The position numbers were made by a program, and so were the translations under genes. From a virus: DNA of 64,000 nucleotides. The stretch is taken from positions 6,541 through 70,540 of the IMG/VR virus record IMGVR_UViG_3300034760_000060; one strand, written 5' to 3'. Below the pieces are notes generated by a model. The model did not search any database, was not told the origin of the DNA, and was given only the letters and a program-made list of their open reading frames with translations. Below are positions 1-9,703 of this stretch, in pieces (positions within the stretch are counted from its first letter, which is position 1; every line of letters begins with the position of its first letter).

Positions 1-229
1 TGATCACGTAGCCCTCGGGCAGCTCCGCGCAGCAGCGGTTCAGTGCATCTGCCAGCGCGCCGCCTGGTTCGTCCGCCGCCACAGACGTGACCGGGATGGT
101 GGCGAGGGCAGTCAGCGCTCTTTTAGCAAGAAATTTCATGCTGCGGATTGCCAATTCCTCACCGGCATCACCCGGGTAGTCCTTGATAGTAGTGAGGTCG
201 TCGATAGCGTCTTGAATGGGGGTGGTCAT
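1..229 (-). CDS. Hypothetical phage protein, runs off the left edge
   Basis: ATG at 229 (MTTPIQDAIDDL...), open to position 1, overlaps the stop of the upstream gene by 4 nt. Confidence 0.6.
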   Translation of the reverse strand, partial: MTTPIQDAIDDLTTIKDYPGDAGEELAIRSMKFLAKRALTALATIPVTSVAADEPGGALADALNRCCAELPEGYVI

Positions 230-489
230 GTGGAACTCTCCTTTGGCGAATAGCCTTCAACCAAGCGCTTGATAGCGCAGTCCTCGCCGAGCGTGCCGAC
301 GAAGTACTGTGTGCCGCCGTGCCCGCGCAGCTCGTGAATTTTGTAGATGTAGGCACGCGGCGTCATAAGTTCGCCGCTCCCAGAATGCGCCGGAACGCCT
401 TCCCAGCGAATGTAGGTGCGGCGAGTGCTGACGGTGCACACCTGTCCGTCAAGTGGTCCGCCGAGCATAAGCACGTTGACGGTGCTCAT
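226..489 (-). CDS. Hypothetical phage protein
   Basis: MSTVNVLMLGGPLDG...; ATGA-type coupling with neighbours. Confidence 0.65.
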   Translation of the reverse strand: MSTVNVLMLGGPLDGQVCTVSTRRTYIRWEGVPAHSGSGELMTPRAYIYKIHELRGHGGTQYFVGTLGEDCAIKRLVEGYSPKESST

Positions 490-1295
490 ACAGCGCCGCC
501 CTTGTTGGGCGCGTCGATCTCCAGGCCGCCGGCGGTAAAGCCGCGCTCGACGCACGCGTTCCTGGCAGCGATCATCAGCGGCGACTCCTTGGCCGTGGGC
601 GATGGGTGCAAGGCGCGCTCGTTGTCTGGAAGCTCGGCCATCTGATCTGCGGTGCGGACCAGCGCGCGGACCACATCCATCGGGTCGACCTCGTATTCTG
701 GGTCTGGCGGGGCGACCGAGGCGATAGCGAGCCGCTGCTCCGCCTCCCACTGCATTTCCATCGCGATACCGCGATAATCCCAGTACATCTCCTCGGCTTT
801 CGCGAAGGCGTCGTACAGCTTGTCGTCGGTGCTGAACACTTCGCGCAGCTTATCCATGTCCCAGTAGGCGCTGCCCTCATCGTCAGGCGAGACTGGCGAA
901 CTCCATCCTGTCAAGTCGCCCAACGCGTCCTCGGCGTCCATCCCAATGATGATCTGCACCGCCTCCGCCCGGCCCTCGGCACGTGATGCCAAGATAATGC
1001 TGCGCAGGTCGTTCGCACCGGCTGACGCCTCCAGCTCCGCGACGCGCGCGATCAGCGCAAGCACGACGGTCGGGTTGGCGGCGGCGATGTAAGCGGCGTT
1101 GTCGCGGACCGGCAGATATTTGCAGCTGGTAGCGCAAATCTGGTGAGCGTAGTCCTCAAAATCTCGCATGGGATTTGTGCTCCCGCCGATATTCCGGTCG
1201 GCATGGCCGGCAGGAATAACCCAACGCTCAAACTTCGCTATCCACGGCCCTGGCGTGGCCGCTTCCGCAAGCCGCTTCAATTCTGTCGTATCCAT
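486..1295 (-). CDS. Ead/Ea22-like early protein
   Basis: N-terminal LKRLAEAATPGPW and YIAAANPTVVLALIARVAELE motifs typical of Ead/Ea22-like proteins. Confidence 0.7.
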   Translation of the reverse strand: MDTTELKRLAEAATPGPWIAKFERWVIPAGHADRNIGGSTNPMRDFEDYAHQICATSCKYLPVRDNAAYIAAANPTVVLALIARVAELEASAGANDLRSIILASRAEGRAEAVQIIIGMDAEDALGDLTGWSSPVSPDDEGSAYWDMDKLREVFSTDDKLYDAFAKAEEMYWDYRGIAMEMQWEAEQRLAIASVAPPDPEYEVDPMDVVRALVRTADQMAELPDNERALHPSPTAKESPLMIAARNACVERGFTAGGLEIDAPNKGGAV

Positions 1296-1310
1296 ATATT
1301 CCTCGTTTCG

Positions 1311-1550
1311 TTATTCAGGCTGCTTTTGCAGCGATACCAGCGGTGCGTCGATCGGTGTCGGGTCGCCGGACAGGTACACGACCATGTCGATGCGACCGCC
1401 GGCCCGTTGCGCGCTGACCGTGTGAATGTGCTCGACCTTTCCCGCGACCTCGACCGGGTGGCCGTTTTGCAGCGCGGCCAGCAGGATCCGTTGGTGCTTG
1501 TGCTCGGGCAGCTCCGAGCGGGAGAAGTTCGGCGGCGGCAACTGGCTCAT
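1311..1550 (-). CDS. Hypothetical protein
   Basis: MSQLPPPNFSRSELPE..., coupled within the operon. Confidence 0.6.
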   Translation of the reverse strand: MSQLPPPNFSRSELPEHKHQRILLAALQNGHPVEVAGKVEHIHTVSAQRAGGRIDMVVYLSGDPTPIDAPLVSLQKQPE

Positions 1551-1750
1551 CCGATGTCCCTCAGGCGGGTCAACCCGGTGTCGCATTCGTAAATCTGGTC
1601 AGCCGGCGCGCCCGACGCTTCGATCAAGCGGCACTTGTGATCGATCAGGTATTTGTCGCGGCGGATGCCCATGGCCTGGTCAGCGAACGTCAGCACAAAG
1701 CTGGTGAACATGACCGCGCCGAGAACTGCCAAAATAGCATTTGGCTTCAT
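1547..1750 (-). CDS. Small membrane/exported hypothetical protein
   Basis: Hydrophobic N-terminus, two Cys, coupled overlaps. Confidence 0.6.
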   Translation of the reverse strand: MKPNAILAVLGAVMFTSFVLTFADQAMGIRRDKYLIDHKCRLIEASGAPADQIYECDTGLTRLRDIG

Positions 1751-2040
1751 AGTTGATCTCCTGCTGTGATTGGAAGCTGGCGCGGGTCCGTTGACGCCAG
1801 GGTGTAGACGAAGGTGCGGCCCGTTTCGGTGTCGCGCTCGTCGCAGTCATTCATCCCGGCCAGCACTGCGGCGTGCGCGGCGGCCTCGCAGATTTTGGTT
1901 GCCTGGCCGCGAAACATGCAGCCCGCGCAGTCGCCGGCGCCGACGGCCGCCAGCTTCGCCCGGAACTGCTTTGCTACAGGGTCGAGCGGCGCGGCATCCT
2001 GGCCCAGCCAACGATGGACGGCGACGAACCCTTTCATCAT
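1747..2040 (-). CDS. Hypothetical Cys-rich protein
   Basis: CAGC...C...C pattern, coupled overlaps. Confidence 0.6.
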   Translation of the reverse strand: MMKGFVAVHRWLGQDAAPLDPVAKQFRAKLAAVGAGDCAGCMFRGQATKICEAAAHAAVLAGMNDCDERDTETGRTFVYTLASTDPRQLPITAGDQL

Positions 2041-2744
2041 TTCACCGTGGCGATCAGGGCGACGAGATCCAGGTCCGAAGCACCTGGGATCGAGTAATAC
2101 CCGTTCACGTGTGCGCGGTGCACAGCCTCGGCGATGGCGAGCTCGCGCGCGGCAACCGCGTATTCGGTGCGATATGCCTCATGGCCTGCGCGGTGCGCGT
2201 CCGCAATCGCAATGAGATGGTCGTCCTTGCGCACTACCTGGCCGACGTCGATTGCGTGGCGCAGCGCCGCATCGGCAACGGCTTTCACTTGGGTTTCGGT
2301 AATAGTCAGGCAACCACGCCGGCCAGATGCATCGATGGCGGCCATCGCTTCGCCCCAATCCATCTGCGATTCCGGATAAACCGGCGCTGGCGATGGCCAG
2401 TAACAGTCATAGAGCGAGGTTTCGCTGCGGCACATCGATGTCGCCACCCACTCCATGCCGGTCGGCGTGACTAGCGTATCGCCCACGAACACCGGCTTGC
2501 CGTCGATGATGTCGAGCGGGGTCATGACAAGATGTGTGTCGTCGTGCGCACCATTGGTGCCGCCGGCATTCCAGCCCATCACTTCCTGTGTGCTGTTGCC
2601 AATGATGCCGATGATTGAAAGGACGTGCTTGCGATCCCACGTCAGAATTTCGACTGTCTCGCCGTTGACGCAGCAGAAGGGAGCGCCGGCACGTGCGTGC
2701 TCGATGCTGAAAGGGCGAGTGTGTTCTGGTTTCATATCGTTCAT
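2037..2744 (-). CDS. Hypothetical phage protein
   Basis: Likely start MNDMKPEHTRPFSIEHARAGAP at 2744. Confidence 0.65.
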   Translation of the reverse strand: MNDMKPEHTRPFSIEHARAGAPFCCVNGETVEILTWDRKHVLSIIGIIGNSTQEVMGWNAGGTNGAHDDTHLVMTPLDIIDGKPVFVGDTLVTPTGMEWVATSMCRSETSLYDCYWPSPAPVYPESQMDWGEAMAAIDASGRRGCLTITETQVKAVADAALRHAIDVGQVVRKDDHLIAIADAHRAGHEAYRTEYAVAARELAIAEAVHRAHVNGYYSIPGASDLDLVALIATVK

Positions 2745-2746
2745 CC

Positions 2747-3217
2747 TCAAGACTTCGTGCCGCGCGGCGGCGGTTCGTGAAACTCGACGCCATGCTGGCC
2801 GCCGAATGCGTGTACCTGGTCCAAGTGCTGGGCAAAGCCCTTGATCGTCAGATCGGTGGTGCTGCCGACTAAGATGCGGCTGCCGTCCGGGCCGAAGTCC
2901 CATTTGCGGTAGTCTTCGCGCCGGCACAGCTCCGGGTCATACTCATCTGGCAAAAATTCCTTCTTGAAGTGCTCATGCCACACCTCGGCGCTGTACTGCC
3001 GCTGCCCAACCCATACCTGCTCTGCGATGTCTTTGAGCGGCCCGACCCAAAGTAGGGCGTTCTGGTCCAGCTTCCGGGTCTTTACCTCTTCGCCCAGGCG
3101 GAACTCCAACGGCTTCTTTTCATCCAGCGGCGCGTTGCGCAGCACCGCTATCGCGCGCTCCACCTGCTCCGCTTTACGCAGGAGCACCTTGCGCACTTCG
3201 AACTTGGGGCGCGTCAT
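2747..3217 (-). CDS. ninB: NinB/Orf-family recombination protein
   Basis: RKLDQNALLW...WHEHFKKEFL...STTDLTIKGFAQHLDQVHAFG...GVEF matches the NinB family pattern. Confidence 0.85.
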   Translation of the reverse strand: MTRPKFEVRKVLLRKAEQVERAIAVLRNAPLDEKKPLEFRLGEEVKTRKLDQNALLWVGPLKDIAEQVWVGQRQYSAEVWHEHFKKEFLPDEYDPELCRREDYRKWDFGPDGSRILVGSTTDLTIKGFAQHLDQVHAFGGQHGVEFHEPPPRGTKS

Positions 3218-3513
3218 GGCGGCGCCCCGGCTGGCCGATTGAACGCATTGATCGCCTCCTTCGACGCGCCTGGCAACAGACGAATCTTTATTGGGCCATT
3301 TCGTCCGTCGCCATCCATCACGGCATGCATTTCGCGCTTATCTTTGGCGTTCAGATTGCGCCACTTGGAGACGTAGCAGTCGCCGTGCCAGATAGCCTGC
3401 GGACCATCCGCCTGGCTTGGGCCAAAGGAAAACCCGCGCTCGCGCAGCCATTCTTCTGCGGCGCGCGATGCCGCGAACTCCCCCTGGTTATTGAAAGTGA
3501 TGACGTCGCTCAT
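3214..3513 (-). CDS. Hypothetical phage protein
   Basis: MSDVITFNNQGEFAASRAAEEWL..., coupled overlaps. Confidence 0.7.
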   Translation of the reverse strand: MSDVITFNNQGEFAASRAAEEWLRERGFSFGPSQADGPQAIWHGDCYVSKWRNLNAKDKREMHAVMDGDGRNGPIKIRLLPGASKEAINAFNRPAGAPP

Positions 3514-4247
3514 GCAGGTACCGCCTCGGCAGCCAGCAACGCGTTCATGACCAGCGCCTCGGCGTGGTCGCGCTCGACACGGGCGGCGTCGTACTGCTCG
3601 ATGCCCCAGGCCAGCGCGTACATGCACCAGACCATGCTGAAGGTGTAGTCCTTCATGCGGTGCTCCCACAGGTCTTCAAAGTGCCAGCTGTCGCGCGACC
3701 CGCTGCTGTCGCGATCCCGATAGCTGAACTCGTGAGCGGCCCATAGTGCGCGCTCAACACCGCCATCCTCCAGCGCACCGAAAACTTCATCATCAACTGC
3801 CTCCCAAAGGGCGCGGCGGCCGTCGGCGTCCAGTGAGTCTTCCAATTTGGCGCTGCGCATCCAGCGGACGCGGTACTGGTTGATCACGCGGCGGAACTCG
3901 GCTTCGTCGTATTCCATTGCCTTGCCGCCATCACGGCCACCGTCCACCGCAATAAGCTTCTCGGTCCAATACCCGGGATTGATGGCGAGGCGCCGGCCAC
4001 ACTGACGGTTGTATTCCCGATCGGTGCGGAAGAACTCGAACATGTCCGTCGTGCGTTGGAACACGTAAGTGCCCATGTCGCCGGTGTAGCAGAGAACGCC
4101 CGGCCAGGTGATCAAGTCGAAGTGCATGTTGCCTGTGCCTGGCTGCTTAAAGCGGATGTGACGATTCACACCGTCGTCGCGGATCACGGTCATCGTGTGC
4201 TGGGCGACGTCGCGCAGGAAGCGCTCCTGGGTGCATTCGTGGCTCAT
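3510..4247 (-). CDS. Conserved hypothetical phage protein
   Basis: 245-aa ORF, FDLITWPGVLCYTGDMGTYVF motif, coupled overlaps. Confidence 0.8.
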   Translation of the reverse strand: MSHECTQERFLRDVAQHTMTVIRDDGVNRHIRFKQPGTGNMHFDLITWPGVLCYTGDMGTYVFQRTTDMFEFFRTDREYNRQCGRRLAINPGYWTEKLIAVDGGRDGGKAMEYDEAEFRRVINQYRVRWMRSAKLEDSLDADGRRALWEAVDDEVFGALEDGGVERALWAAHEFSYRDRDSSGSRDSWHFEDLWEHRMKDYTFSMVWCMYALAWGIEQYDAARVERDHAEALVMNALLAAEAVPA

Positions 4248-4543
4248 GCCGCATTCCCGTCTACCGCCGGCGATGACTTAAGCACGCCCATGTTCTTGCA
4301 CGGGTATTTGTCGCCGAACGGCTTGATGTGCTTGTAGAAGTGCTTGCCGACTGATTCAGCACCGGCAAACGCAGCGTAGTCGTCAGCCGAAAAATTCGCG
4401 TACTGGTACACGTTGCCCGGCGCGCCCTTGTGGAAGAATTGCACGGCTAACGTGTTCGTTTCGGTGCAAAAACCGATAGCCGCGATCTGCGACGAGGTGA
4501 CAGGCGTCAGGGTGATGCGTGGTGCTTGCGCGACGATGCTCAT
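4244..4543 (-). CDS. KTSC domain protein
   Basis: VTSSQIAAIGF...TLAVQF...YQY...AESVGKHFYKHIK fits the KTSC pattern. Confidence 0.85.
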   Translation of the reverse strand: MSIVAQAPRITLTPVTSSQIAAIGFCTETNTLAVQFFHKGAPGNVYQYANFSADDYAAFAGAESVGKHFYKHIKPFGDKYPCKNMGVLKSSPAVDGNAA

Positions 4544-4570
4544 GGGTTTCTCCAGGTGGTGGGGTAGGGG

Positions 4571-6259
4571 TTATGCAGCGCAGGCCAGTGCGCCGGCACG
4601 CGCGTCCGCGATGAAGCGCTCGAGCCGGGGAATCAACTCGCCGACTTCCATGTCGTGCTCGGCGCCAAACGCCACGATGTCGTCATCGGTCATGCCGGTG
4701 TCGACCACGGCGTCAATAATTTCGGTCGCCGGGCGCGGTGCTGGCGGCCAAGCTGCGGCCGGGGTCAATCGGACCTTCGGCACGGTGGCGCGCGGGGCAG
4801 GCTCGGGCTCCACCTGCTGGACCGGCTCGGCACTTGCCAAGGCAGCCTGGGCGGCGGCAATGCGGGCTTGCTCGGCTGCCGCGGCGGCCTTCTGGCGCTC
4901 AACCTCGGCTTTAGCGGCTGCCGTCTCGGCCTTGGCACGCTCTTCGGCGGCGATGCGCGCACGCAGCTCTTCAGCCTTCTGCGCTTCGGCACGCTGGTGA
5001 TCGGCGATGCGGGTCGTCACCACCAGCTGGAAGTCGTCCATGGGCTTGGCGATGATCTGCTGCAGGTCCATCAGGAGGAACTTGTGAGCGCCGGCGTGCT
5101 CCGCGCACCAAGCTTGCTTCGCCCGGTAGTCGGCGGCCGTGGTGTTGGTGGCGATCTTGGCGCCGGCCAGCAATGTGTCAACCGCATCGTGCAGGCTGGC
5201 CAGTGTCCGCTTGTTCTTCATGGCGCCGGCGAAGTCCGGGGCGGCAGCGAACAGGCGGATCGGGCGGATCTCGGCTTCCAGCACTGCGACGTGCTCGGAA
5301 TAGGCCAGCTTGGCTTCGGCTAGGATCGTTTCCTTGATCTCGGTCTTGCGCTTCGTGACCAGCTTTTCCAGCATCAGGCGCTTGGCGCGCAGCTGGTCCT
5401 TGACCAAGTCGATCGTGCGCATCAGGTCGTCAATGCTGGCGGTCTGCGCAATGGCGGCCGACTTGGTCGCTTCCAGGTTGTTTTCGGCAGCAGCGCAGAA
5501 CTTGACGGTCGCCTCGGCGTTGGCGAAGTCCTCATCGCTTTGCAGATCGATCTTGATGTTGGCGATGAAGCGCTCGGCCGCCGCTTTGAACGTCGGCAGG
5601 TTGCTATTCGCTACCTCGCCGCGAATATGAACGACCAGAGCAGGGAGGGCCATGATTGCGTCGGCCTGCGGCTTCTCCGCCAGCTGGCGCGGGACGTACT
5701 CGGCCATGTCCTTCGCGAACTGCTCCCAGCCAGCACGTATCCGCTCGAACCATACTGTGTCCGGATACACCCACATGTAGACCATGTTCTCGGCGGTGCC
5801 GTCGGATACGACGAACAGCAGTTTCTCGGCGCCGGTCACCATTAGGATCTGCTGGCACTGTGGCATATGCTCTTCCGGCAAAGTCTCAGCACTCACGCTG
5901 GCCGCCAGCGCCGCTGCCCACTGCTTGTGTTCAAAAGCAATTAATTGGCTTAGCGTCAGCCCGTCGCATGAGGCGGACAGGCGGCCGTCCGAACAGGTTA
6001 CGGGATAGAGGTCGTCCTGAATGATGGCTTCAATAAGCGGACGCGCGGCTGCCTCGACCTCGTGACCGTAGTCCAAGACGTTGAACTGAACCCAATCAGA
6101 AAATTCTTTTGCCAAGCCGGTCGATTTCATCGCCAGCAACTCATTTCGGCTAACCGTCTTCGACAGACCCAGCATTGCTGCCGCCTCACTGGCGCCGTTG
6201 TGATCGAGGCGAAACTGATGCCAAGCGTTAGTGCCCTGAACTAATTGATGAATTTCCAT
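4571..6259 (-). CDS. YqaJ-like (lambda exonuclease family) recombination nuclease with long helical C-terminus
   Basis: QGTNAWHQFR, ASEAAAMLG, GHEVE, ASCDGL, FEHK motifs; next to recT. Confidence 0.9.
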   Translation of the reverse strand: MEIHQLVQGTNAWHQFRLDHNGASEAAAMLGLSKTVSRNELLAMKSTGLAKEFSDWVQFNVLDYGHEVEAAARPLIEAIIQDDLYPVTCSDGRLSASCDGLTLSQLIAFEHKQWAAALAASVSAETLPEEHMPQCQQILMVTGAEKLLFVVSDGTAENMVYMWVYPDTVWFERIRAGWEQFAKDMAEYVPRQLAEKPQADAIMALPALVVHIRGEVANSNLPTFKAAAERFIANIKIDLQSDEDFANAEATVKFCAAAENNLEATKSAAIAQTASIDDLMRTIDLVKDQLRAKRLMLEKLVTKRKTEIKETILAEAKLAYSEHVAVLEAEIRPIRLFAAAPDFAGAMKNKRTLASLHDAVDTLLAGAKIATNTTAADYRAKQAWCAEHAGAHKFLLMDLQQIIAKPMDDFQLVVTTRIADHQRAEAQKAEELRARIAAEERAKAETAAAKAEVERQKAAAAAEQARIAAAQAALASAEPVQQVEPEPAPRATVPKVRLTPAAAWPPAPRPATEIIDAVVDTGMTDDDIVAFGAEHDMEVGELIPRLERFIADARAGALACAA

Positions 6260-6260
6260 A

Positions 6261-6743
6261 TTATTTGCCCCTGTTGTTTTCGAGATAGCCATGCTTCACT
6301 TCAGCCTCTTTCCGAGCCGCCACTGCCGCATCAAACGTTTTAAAATGTCCGACGTAGAGGCTTGCGCAGCTGACGGAATAACCATTTTTATGATTGGTGA
6401 CCCCGGCAACTCCTGTTCGATTGTTTTTTGCGATGCGGCGGTTTCTTTGATTGCCGGAAAGCGTCGTTATCCGTAGATTCGCTAACCGGTTATTAAGTCC
6501 GTCTCCATCAAGGTGATCGATACACATGCCATCAGGGATGGCGCCGTTGACCATCTCCCAAATGACTCGGTGCGTGTAGTGCCGCTTGTGGAACAAGACG
6601 AATGACCTGTAGCGTCCGTCGTGTTTTACTGATCCGACTTCTTGGCCCACCGCTGTTTTTGGCCCTGGCCGTTTCACCTTCCATGACAAAACCCCTGTGA
6701 TTTCGTCGTAGCGCAAAAACGCATTCCAATCTGTACTCATCAA
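6261..6743 (-). CDS. HNH homing-type endonuclease with AP2-like C-terminus
   Basis: HRVIW...IDHLDGDGLNNRLANLR; lower GC than its neighbours. Confidence 0.9.
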   Translation of the reverse strand: MMSTDWNAFLRYDEITGVLSWKVKRPGPKTAVGQEVGSVKHDGRYRSFVLFHKRHYTHRVIWEMVNGAIPDGMCIDHLDGDGLNNRLANLRITTLSGNQRNRRIAKNNRTGVAGVTNHKNGYSVSCASLYVGHFKTFDAAVAARKEAEVKHGYLENNRGK

Positions 6744-7696
6744 TCGCTCTCACGAGTCCAAGAGTGGATTGTTAAGCGCTGATCTTCGGTGAGTTGGTCC
6801 CGCGTCTGAATCATGGCAATCACCTCGTCGGGGCTCTTCCCAGACAGGATCAAATTGCGCCACCCAGCCTTCTTTGCCGCGAAGGCTTCGTCGGACAGCA
6901 CTTGCAACTGCTGGCGACCGCCGGCTTGGCTGCCTTGCTGGCCTTTTTCGAGTACTTCGCTGCCGTCTTCCTGCTCGGTGACGATCACGACCTCGCCGTC
7001 GAAGGTGAAGTCTTTGCCGGCGTCGACGGCCTGGGCCACCTCCATCGCGCGGATCACCTCGATCGATTTCGGCATGTACTTGAGCACCTGCAGCAGCACA
7101 ACCTTGCGGGCGTACATTTCCATGTTCTGGCCGTTGTTGGTGAGCGCGTAGTGGCTACCGCCGACCTTGTTGTATTTGTTCAGGTGGCGCACCGCGCGGT
7201 CCATCGTCCAGACCTCGATGACCGGGTACTGGCTGCCTTGAACGCGACCGATGGCGTACACGTGGGTAATGCTTTGCCAGTCGTCTGCGTCGCTTTCTGG
7301 CTGGTGCTTCACGAACGGGTTATCGCCCAGCGCCCAGTCAAACTTATCGCCGCGGTAGACAGCGCCGGTCCAGACAGTGGCACGGCCGGCGCGGGATACC
7401 AGATCGACCAAGCCTTGCCAGCCGGGCACGAACGTCGCCTTGCCCTTGTACGGGACCAGGTAGCCCTGTCCGCCCACACCGATCTCCAGGCCCAGCTGCG
7501 CAGCGATGACCACTGAGGCGAAAATGCTGTGCATGTCGCACTTTTGAAGCGCCGCGTTCTGGCTGAATGACGTCATGGTCAAGCGCACCATACGGTCGGC
7601 CGTGATGTGCTTTGGCAGAGCGAGGGCGATCTGGCCCTTGTACTGCTCCATGAAATCGTTGAGGCGCTTGGCCGGGCTAACTGCTACTTGATTCAT
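6740..7696 (-). CDS. recT: RecT-family single-strand annealing protein
   Basis: AAQLGLE...QGYLVPYKGKATFVPGWQGLVDL...MYARKVVL. Confidence 0.9.
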   Translation of the reverse strand: MNQVAVSPAKRLNDFMEQYKGQIALALPKHITADRMVRLTMTSFSQNAALQKCDMHSIFASVVIAAQLGLEIGVGGQGYLVPYKGKATFVPGWQGLVDLVSRAGRATVWTGAVYRGDKFDWALGDNPFVKHQPESDADDWQSITHVYAIGRVQGSQYPVIEVWTMDRAVRHLNKYNKVGGSHYALTNNGQNMEMYARKVVLLQVLKYMPKSIEVIRAMEVAQAVDAGKDFTFDGEVVIVTEQEDGSEVLEKGQQGSQAGGRQQLQVLSDEAFAAKKAGWRNLILSGKSPDEVIAMIQTRDQLTEDQRLTIHSWTRESD

Positions 7697-7707
7697 TGCG
7701 TTCTCCG

Positions 7708-7800
7708 TTACAGGTTGATGTATTTGATCGCCAGGATCAGCGCGTCGTCGCGCCGGAATCCCCAGCTGCGCCACTGCTGGTACTTCCGCAGCAGCTTCAT
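7708..7800 (-). CDS. 30-aa microprotein
   Basis: MKLLRKYQQWRSWGFRRDDALILAIKYINL, ATGA overlap with upstream ORF. Confidence 0.5.
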   Translation of the reverse strand: MKLLRKYQQWRSWGFRRDDALILAIKYINL

Positions 7801-7943
7801 TTCGTTTCGGTCGTCGCCGGCGTCGTGTCGGGCTCGTCGTTGTGCGCCAGGCTGTAGGCTGCAATGACCAGCAGCACGATCGCCATGTCGGTCGCCAGGC
7901 GACCAAAGCGCCGGATCAGGTAGAACTCGCGCAGCCTTCTCAT
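7797..7943 (-). CDS. 48-aa single-TM microprotein
   Basis: MRRLREFYLIRRFGRLATDMAIVLLVIAAYSL..., coupled overlaps. Confidence 0.55.
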   Translation of the reverse strand: MRRLREFYLIRRFGRLATDMAIVLLVIAAYSLAHNDEPDTTPATTETK

Positions 7944-8047
7944 GGCAGCATCCAGGCGACAAAGTCGGACAAGGCTTGCGCCATGGAGATCAGCAGCAGG
8001 GCAGCGATGGCGTTCCGGGCCGGGTGCTTCGTTGTGTAGCGGCTCAT
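7940..8047 (-). CDS. 35-aa hydrophobic microprotein
   Basis: MSRYTTKHPARNAIAALLLISMAQALSDFVAWMLP, coupled overlaps. Confidence 0.5.
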   Translation of the reverse strand: MSRYTTKHPARNAIAALLLISMAQALSDFVAWMLP

Positions 8048-8361
8048 GGCTTGTGCTTTCCGTTGCCGTAACACTTCCAGCATTGGCTGTCGCTGCCGTG
8101 GTAAGGCCCCTGAGAGTAGATGCGTCCACGGCCGCTGCATGTGTTGCAGTGGACAAGCTCGCGCTCGGCCTTCAGAGCAGCCTTGGTTTCTGACAGCTCG
8201 CCGATCAGCGGGTTCTCAGGCTGGTAAAAGGCCATGCCGTAGTTTTCGTGGGCGCTCTCGACGTTCGCGGCGATGGTGGCAATCTGCTCGCTTGTGGCTT
8301 CGATGCCAGCCTCATCCAGCGCCTCGCTGACTACCTCATTCCAGAAATCAGCGGCGCTCAT
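8044..8361 (-). CDS. Hypothetical protein with C-terminal CxxCxGxG zinc-finger motifs
   Basis: CNTCSGRG...CWKCYGNG. Confidence 0.75.
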   Translation of the reverse strand: MSAADFWNEVVSEALDEAGIEATSEQIATIAANVESAHENYGMAFYQPENPLIGELSETKAALKAERELVHCNTCSGRGRIYSQGPYHGSDSQCWKCYGNGKHKP

Positions 8362-9362
8362 GGCGCGGCCTTGGCTGCGAGAATGGCGGCGTCGATGGCC
8401 TTGTCGAGTTCGTCGGCGACGATGTTGCCGCACGCATCAAGGATCGGAAACTGGTCGAATTGCGGACCGCACACACGCAGCCAGCGATACCGCGCCGCAT
8501 CGAGCTTGTCCTGCTCGCTCGGGCCGGCCGGCTGGACGGGCGCGGCGAGCCAGCCATTACGGAATACCTGCCAATCGTGGTCCACCATCTTGTCCAAGAA
8601 CTCGGGATTGGCGTCATCGTGCGAAATCAGCTTTTTCAGGAAAAGGTCGGGCATCAAGCCGCGAACGGGACAGTTGCGAACTGTAGCCTCAAAGGCTGCA
8701 ATCGCGCGTAGCTCGCTCGGCGCTGCCTGCTGCACCGGGGCGGGGGCGGTAGTAGGGCGAGGCGTTGGATGCTCCTGCCCGTCATGAGCCATGATCAGGC
8801 CCAATTGGACGATTGCCCTGTCGATGCGAGTGCGTTGCGCCGCCACATCGATATCACGGGTTCCAACGTCGCCGAAGTTCGGACGAATGGCGTTCAGCAG
8901 GTTTATCAGCTCGGCGGTCAGTTCGGTAGGCGCTGGCAAGCCGCCCATTCCCACCACCACAGGCGCGGCGATGGACTTGAGGGCGCGAATGCGCTTGCCG
9001 ATGATTCGACATAAGCCGCCTTGACGCAAAGGCAAGTACTCTTTGCTGGTCGAGTCTGCTACGGCAGCCGCTTCCTCCAGTGCCGCATCCCTTGCCGCGC
9101 TCGGCATGCCCGGCACCGCGACCGTGCGCTGGTAGCCGTCAGGGCCGGGGGCGATGGCTGCGCTCCAGGCGGGGGCGTGGGGTGCGGTGGCGAGCTTGCG
9201 CAGCGATGTAGCCATTTGCCACGCGAAGTCTCCAGCGAGAGCGTTGCGGCCAAAGTCGCCCCGGATGTAGCTGTGATAGGTGCGGTCCGTGAAGTTTGCC
9301 TCCATAAACGAAACGAGGTATTCGCGCGCTTCGTCGATCGTCATCTTTTTCTGTTCGTTCAT
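8358..9362 (-). CDS. Hypothetical mosaic early protein
   Basis: 334-aa ORF; C-terminal LDAARYRWLR...LDKAIDAAI motif common in phage early proteins. Confidence 0.75.
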   Translation of the reverse strand: MNEQKKMTIDEAREYLVSFMEANFTDRTYHSYIRGDFGRNALAGDFAWQMATSLRKLATAPHAPAWSAAIAPGPDGYQRTVAVPGMPSAARDAALEEAAAVADSTSKEYLPLRQGGLCRIIGKRIRALKSIAAPVVVGMGGLPAPTELTAELINLLNAIRPNFGDVGTRDIDVAAQRTRIDRAIVQLGLIMAHDGQEHPTPRPTTAPAPVQQAAPSELRAIAAFEATVRNCPVRGLMPDLFLKKLISHDDANPEFLDKMVDHDWQVFRNGWLAAPVQPAGPSEQDKLDAARYRWLRVCGPQFDQFPILDACGNIVADELDKAIDAAILAAKAAP

Positions 9363-9377
9363 CGTGATTCCCTGTGG

Positions 9378-9566
9378 TTATTTCGTTTGAGTGCCGAGCG
9401 CAGTACGGCTTTGCGCCATCAGCGTGTTGCGCATGTGCGCATCTACTGGTTCGCCGCATGCCCAGCAAGGTTGCTTGGCACTCAGCCACTCAATGCGCTC
9501 CCGGTGGTTGGCGATGTTTTCTGCATCGCGGCTCGCTTGTATTGCCTTCGCCATTTCGCTTGCCAT
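9378..9566 (-). CDS. Small hypothetical protein with CxxC
   Basis: PCWACGEP motif. Confidence 0.55.
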   Translation of the reverse strand: MASEMAKAIQASRDAENIANHRERIEWLSAKQPCWACGEPVDAHMRNTLMAQSRTALGTQTK

Positions 9567-9703
9567 GATCAGCTTTCAGTAAGTGCGCCAGGCGGCGCGG
9601 TTATTGGTGGGCGGTGCATTCACCACACGGCTGCCGACTGAATAATCCCGACGCTCGTCGGATGCCATTCGTCGGGCCAATCAGCAGCCGTGTGGTGGCT
9701 GGA

